Assembly: GCA_965223295.1 (NCBI GenBank)
Contig: CBDCWC010000002.1
Span: 192,001 to 256,000 of the forward strand
DNA from: Nitrospirales bacterium
Lineage (GTDB): Bacteria > Nitrospirota > Nitrospiria > Nitrospirales > UBA8639
Reading direction: 5' to 3'
Length of the DNA: 64,000 nt
The translations under genes and the position numbers were made by a program. Shown in pieces: positions 59,828 through 64,000 of this stretch. Numbering within the stretch: the first letter of the stretch is position 1; every line of letters starts with the position of its first letter. The notes below the pieces were generated by a model. The model saw only the letters and a list, made by a program, of their open reading frames with translations. It had not been told where the DNA came from and made no database searches.

Positions 59828-61177
59828 TCAGGTTTTTATTCCCTGACCTGGGCGGATCATGAACCAGCAGAGGCTGCCGATAAGAGCGATGCCTGCGGCG
59901 AGGCCGAGAGCGACGGGCCAGCCATAGGTGTCGGCGATCCAGGGCGTTAACGTTGGGGAAAGTGTTCCACCTAAATTGGCTCCGGTGTTCATGAGACCGG
60001 AGAGTGTGCCGGCGTGGGGTTTCGAAAGATCAGTCGTTGAGGACCAAAAGGGGCCGACGGTGAAGTAGAGCCACCCTGCTCCTAGGGATAAGAACCCGAT
60101 GGCGACATAAGGCGACTCCACGTTTGCGCCAATGATAATGAATAATGCGGCTAGGATCATACCCGTTCCGCCAACGCTGGCTCGTCCCCAATTGATGCCG
60201 TATTTTTCCGTGAGCCGGTCAGTGACCCAGCCGCCCACTGGGCAAAAAATCGTCATGGCGATAAATGGAGCGGAAGCAAAGAAGGCGCCTTGCAGGATGG
60301 CGAATCCTCTGATGTTAACTAGATACAAGTAGAACCAGGACATGTAGATGTAGGCGACGTAGCCCAGGCAGGTATAGCTGAGGACGAGCCACCAGACAGT
60401 TGGTGTAGTGAGAATGGCTTTCCAGTGGACGGCAATTTCATGAGGCTTCCCCCCTTCATCCTGGCCCTCCCCCCTCTGGGGGAGAGGGGATATTGGGGGA
60501 TCACAAGACTTTCCTTCAATGATCGCGGCTTCGGCGTCATTAACGTGTCGATGTTGTCGCGGAAAGTCCGTGGCATACCAGTACCATAGAAGTGCGATGC
60601 CGATGCCCAGAAGACCGGCAGCATAAAATGCTGTTTGCCAGCCATAATTCACCATGATCCATGCGGTGACGGGTGGTGTGAGCGCAGAGCCAATGCCGAT
60701 GCCGCCGATGGTGATGCCGATACCTAGTCCACGCTCTTGCGGTGGATGCCAGTTGGCGACTGATCGATTGAAGTTGGGGAGGGCGGCGGCTTCACCAACC
60801 CCAATGAGGAATCGTATGACGATGAGCGACCCCATGACGCCAATGAAATTGACAAGAGGGAGAGTTGGTGCAAGAGCTGTCAGTGCAGTGAAAACAGACC
60901 ACCAGATAATCGCGAAGGTCAAAATCCGGTGTGGTCCCCAGCGGTCACCCATCCACCCGCCGGGTACTTGAAAAAGCGCATAACCAAAAACAAATGCCGA
61001 AAAAATCCATCCCATTTGAAGATCGCTGAGTTCTAACGCCGGCATCATGTGGCGGGCCGTGATGGAAATGTTGACGCGATCAATATAGGTGACGATGCTG
61101 ATGAGGAGCAGGAGAAAGAGAATTCTCCACCGAACGCGGGTTGGTTGCGGCGAAAGAATTGATGGAGGTACGTACAT
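59828..61177 (-). CDS. MFS transporter (anion:cation symporter, glucarate/galactonate-like)
   Basis: TYIDRVNIS, GGWMGDRWG, RFLIGVGEA, GLMNTGANLGG. Confidence 0.92.
   Translation of the reverse strand: MYVPPSILSPQPTRVRWRILFLLLLISIVTYIDRVNISITARHMMPALELSDLQMGWIFSAFVFGYALFQVPGGWMGDRWGPHRILTFAIIWWSVFTALTALAPTLPLVNFIGVMGSLIVIRFLIGVGEAAALPNFNRSVANWHPPQERGLGIGITIGGIGIGSALTPPVTAWIMVNYGWQTAFYAAGLLGIGIALLWYWYATDFPRQHRHVNDAEAAIIEGKSCDPPISPLPQRGEGQDEGGKPHEIAVHWKAILTTPTVWWLVLSYTCLGYVAYIYMSWFYLYLVNIRGFAILQGAFFASAPFIAMTIFCPVGGWVTDRLTEKYGINWGRASVGGTGMILAALFIIIGANVESPYVAIGFLSLGAGWLYFTVGPFWSSTTDLSKPHAGTLSGLMNTGANLGGTLSPTLTPWIADTYGWPVALGLAAGIALIGSLCWFMIRPGQGIKT
60449..60490. repeat. Family D palindromic element in frame within the MFS central loop
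   Basis: CCCCCCTTCATCCTGGCCCTCCCCCCTCTGGGGGAGAGGGGA encodes SPLPQRGEGQDEGG on the minus strand. Confidence 0.7.
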
Positions 61178-61218
61178 GGATAAAGGAAGGAAGATAAGGT
61201 TTTGAACTCCGGGGAACT

Positions 61219-63957
61219 CTATCTCCCCTTGGCCCTCCTGACAAAGGAGGGGGAGGTGCGACGGCTCGCTGAAGAGATTTCTTTTTCAATGAGGGTTTTT
61301 ACGAGGCGGTATTCGTCTTCCTCCGTGACCACCATGCCGTCGAGTTTGGCTTTGAATGTGGCATCCAAGACACGGTGATATGCTGGTCCTTTCGGGAGAC
61401 CTAAGTCTTCAAGATCGTGGCCAGTCAGGGAAATTGAAACGTGTTGCCATGTGGTGAAGTATTCACGAACCCTTTCCATGGCTCTCAGAGTGGTTGGTTT
61501 GAGTTGAGCTTTAGCCATCAAGAACAAGAGGATTTCGTTTGGCCAAGATGATAGTAGGGCGTATGCCTCCGATGGGGCCAGGTTTTGTCTATTTAAGGTT
61601 CGGATGAGTGTCGATTGCGCGACCACATAATTTCCCACCATTTTAATGTGTCCTAGTGGGAAGCCTAGGCGTTTCCATGTTTTTGAGAGTTCAGTGTTTC
61701 CTAACGATTCAAACCACGCCAATCCATATAGTAGCCATTGCTTCACTGGAGAGTTCGGGTGTTCGACGGTGAACCAGACCAATATTGTTTCGACTGATTT
61801 GAACGTTTTTTGCACATGTGACTTCGTGTGTAACTGCGGATGAATGAACGGCACGAGCTGAAATTCTTCGAGTCGTCGAATTCCTTTGAGCGGGGAGGGT
61901 TCTTCTAGCATATGAATCAGTTCATTGCCTAATCGAGAACTGGACAATCGCTGAAAGAGCTCCATCGTTTGGGCTTGGTGAATGAATGATTCGGTTTCTT
62001 TGCTGATACGAAATCCGAATCGCTGTTCAAAGCGAATGGCGCGAAACACTCGCGTGGGATCTTCCACGAAACTTAAACTGTGCAGTACGCGAATAACCTT
62101 GTTTTTGATGTCTCGCCGTCCCCCAAAGTAATCTAAGAGTTCCCCTGGGGAGCGATTGATGCGGATGGCCAGTGCGTTGATCGTAAAGTCTCGACGATAG
62201 AGGTCTTTTTTAATAGAGCTTCGTTCAACGGTGGGCAGGGCCGTGGGATATTCGTAATATTCCGTGCGGGCGGTAGCCACATCCAGATGATGCATGTGTG
62301 GAAGACGGAGTGCTTGAGGGAGTTTAATCGAAACCGTGCCGAAGCGTTCGTGGGCAGTCCATTCTGTGGCTAATTCCTTGGCGAGCAATTGTCCGAATTG
62401 TATCCCGTCTCCTTCGACGACGAAGTCTAAGTCAATGTTACTGATATCTAGTAACAGGTCACGAACGAACCCACCAACCAGAAATACTGAGATATTCACC
62501 TTGTCAGCTATTTGTTCAACGGTTTCCAGCAAAGAAAGGAGCGGAGGCGGAAGGTGTTTAGTGAGTAGGTGACGGACGTTCCAGGTATGTAACGGAGTGG
62601 AAGACGAGGGAGTAGGAATGGTGGGAGCAACCCCTAAGGGTTGTGACGGTGTTAATCGCTGCCCGGGTTCTTGGTGAAGGGCACGTAAGAGGTCCGTTCG
62701 GCTAAAAATGCCGATGACCGTTTCATGATCGAGAACGGGGACAATCCGTTGATTCCGTTCCACCATTTGCAGTTGAACATCTTCAAATGGAGTCTTGGAG
62801 TTAGCCACGAAAATGTCCCGCAACATGATATGCTCGACCGGTTGGCTAGCTAATTTATGATAGAGAGCTTTTTGAATAGCTTCTCGCGTGGCCAGTCCGA
62901 TGAATTGTCCGCGAGGGCTCACAACCGGTAGCGCATTGACCTCATGTTGAGTCATGAGACGTTCGGTCTGTTTAATTGTGGTGCCTTCCTCGACTGTTCG
63001 CACCGGAAACGTCATCAATTGGCGAATGGGGAGCCAGGTTTTAGCCTGTTCTTGAAGCAATTCGTGTAAGTGTTGCTCCACTTCAGCCAAGGTTTGTCCT
63101 TTGATGCTGGCGGCGGCAGCCATGACATGCCCCGCACCACCAAAGTGCTGAGCAATGCGGTTCATGTCCATCTCCATATGGCGGCTGCGTCCGATAAATT
63201 GAACCTTTCCTTCCATGGCGATAGCGATGAGAACCGCATCAGCATTATAGAGTTGACCCAGCTGGTGGGTGACGGGTGCGAGGTCGGAGACATATTCTGA
63301 CCAGGCCAATGTCGCGAAAGCGACGCGGCGTCTTCCCAACATCAGAAGTTGTGTTGCTTGTAACAGTGCATGAAAGAGGACAGCTTGCGGCTCGGTCCAT
63401 TTGCGTTGTATGAAATCGTTTATGATGGTGAGATTTGCGCCTGTTTCAAGTAATCGTGCGCCAACCGCAAGGTCACGAGGTGTGGTATGCAAGTAGGTGA
63501 AGTGGCCAGTTTCTTCATACAGAGCGAGGGCAAAGAGCGTGGCTTCTTCTGGTGACCAACTCAGTGATTGTTCTTGAAGCGCTTCGACTAACAGAGTGAT
63601 GCAGGCTCCTACAGGCTCTAGTTTTAGCCACTCGGCTCTTTTGGCTAACGGATTTGTGGTTTCTAGTGGATGATGGTCCCAAATATGTAAAGAAAGAAGT
63701 TGATTTTTAAATATTGTTTCTATATGACCTAAACGATCCTGGTGGTCCGCATCGACCAGAATGATTCTCGAGATTTCCGCCAGGGAAAGATCTGAAAGTG
63801 GTGTTAATGTAATCGGATAATGAGCCAGGTAGGCCCGTTCTCGGGTTTGTGCTCCTCCCGGAAGCACCAAATGCGCATCTGGATAAAGCTTGTGGGCGGC
63901 CACCATGGAAGCAATTCCGTCAAAATCTGCTTCCAAATGTGTGGTAATAACCTCCAT
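61219..63957 (-). CDS. DHH-CBS-fused tRNA nucleotidyltransferase (probable A-adding enzyme)
   Basis: THLEADFD/WDHH/GGAGH (DHH), CBS pair, VGGFVRD, DLD, KDLYRRDFTINAL, EDPTRVFRAIRF. Confidence 0.9.
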   Translation of the reverse strand: MEVITTHLEADFDGIASMVAAHKLYPDAHLVLPGGAQTRERAYLAHYPITLTPLSDLSLAEISRIILVDADHQDRLGHIETIFKNQLLSLHIWDHHPLETTNPLAKRAEWLKLEPVGACITLLVEALQEQSLSWSPEEATLFALALYEETGHFTYLHTTPRDLAVGARLLETGANLTIINDFIQRKWTEPQAVLFHALLQATQLLMLGRRRVAFATLAWSEYVSDLAPVTHQLGQLYNADAVLIAIAMEGKVQFIGRSRHMEMDMNRIAQHFGGAGHVMAAAASIKGQTLAEVEQHLHELLQEQAKTWLPIRQLMTFPVRTVEEGTTIKQTERLMTQHEVNALPVVSPRGQFIGLATREAIQKALYHKLASQPVEHIMLRDIFVANSKTPFEDVQLQMVERNQRIVPVLDHETVIGIFSRTDLLRALHQEPGQRLTPSQPLGVAPTIPTPSSSTPLHTWNVRHLLTKHLPPPLLSLLETVEQIADKVNISVFLVGGFVRDLLLDISNIDLDFVVEGDGIQFGQLLAKELATEWTAHERFGTVSIKLPQALRLPHMHHLDVATARTEYYEYPTALPTVERSSIKKDLYRRDFTINALAIRINRSPGELLDYFGGRRDIKNKVIRVLHSLSFVEDPTRVFRAIRFEQRFGFRISKETESFIHQAQTMELFQRLSSSRLGNELIHMLEEPSPLKGIRRLEEFQLVPFIHPQLHTKSHVQKTFKSVETILVWFTVEHPNSPVKQWLLYGLAWFESLGNTELSKTWKRLGFPLGHIKMVGNYVVAQSTLIRTLNRQNLAPSEAYALLSSWPNEILLFLMAKAQLKPTTLRAMERVREYFTTWQHVSISLTGHDLEDLGLPKGPAYHRVLDATFKAKLDGMVVTEEDEYRLVKTLIEKEISSASRRTSPSFVRRAKGR

Positions 63958-64000
63958 GAGAGAAACATCTTAGCAGGGATCATGAAGGGCCGGAAGGTCT

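Overview
A 64-kb bacterial chromosomal segment. Gene content and protein style suggest a Nitrospirota-like organism (inference only). No rRNA, tRNA, CRISPR array or intact transposase was found. Coding content includes a Dpp/Opp peptide ABC transporter operon, a MEMO1-family protein and two PPIases. It also has a secreted FN3/tandem-repeat protein controlled by a c-di-GMP-I riboswitch, a TetR redox-stress regulon, an ActP-like symporter, a fatty-acid desaturase, and several two-component and sigma-54 regulators. Further along are an isolated PEP mutase-nucleotidyltransferase fusion, a MarR-controlled QueG-like/SCP2 fusion, an MFS transporter and a DHH-CBS tRNA nucleotidyltransferase. Several genes are decayed: three toxin-antitoxin modules, a glycosyltransferase and one amber-interrupted gene. 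The most distinctive signal is non-coding. There are about 12 copies of a ~190-bp MITE with 5-bp TSDs and 4 copies of a ~140-bp MITE with different ends and 4-bp TSDs. Both carry the same internal structured core (GCAAGG...GA-GYRTA-loop-TAYRT-GA...ACGCC), which shows compensatory base changes and resembles the apex of enterobacterial ERIC repeats. REP-like hairpins are nested inside some copies, and further palindromic families occur, one inserted in frame in a protein.
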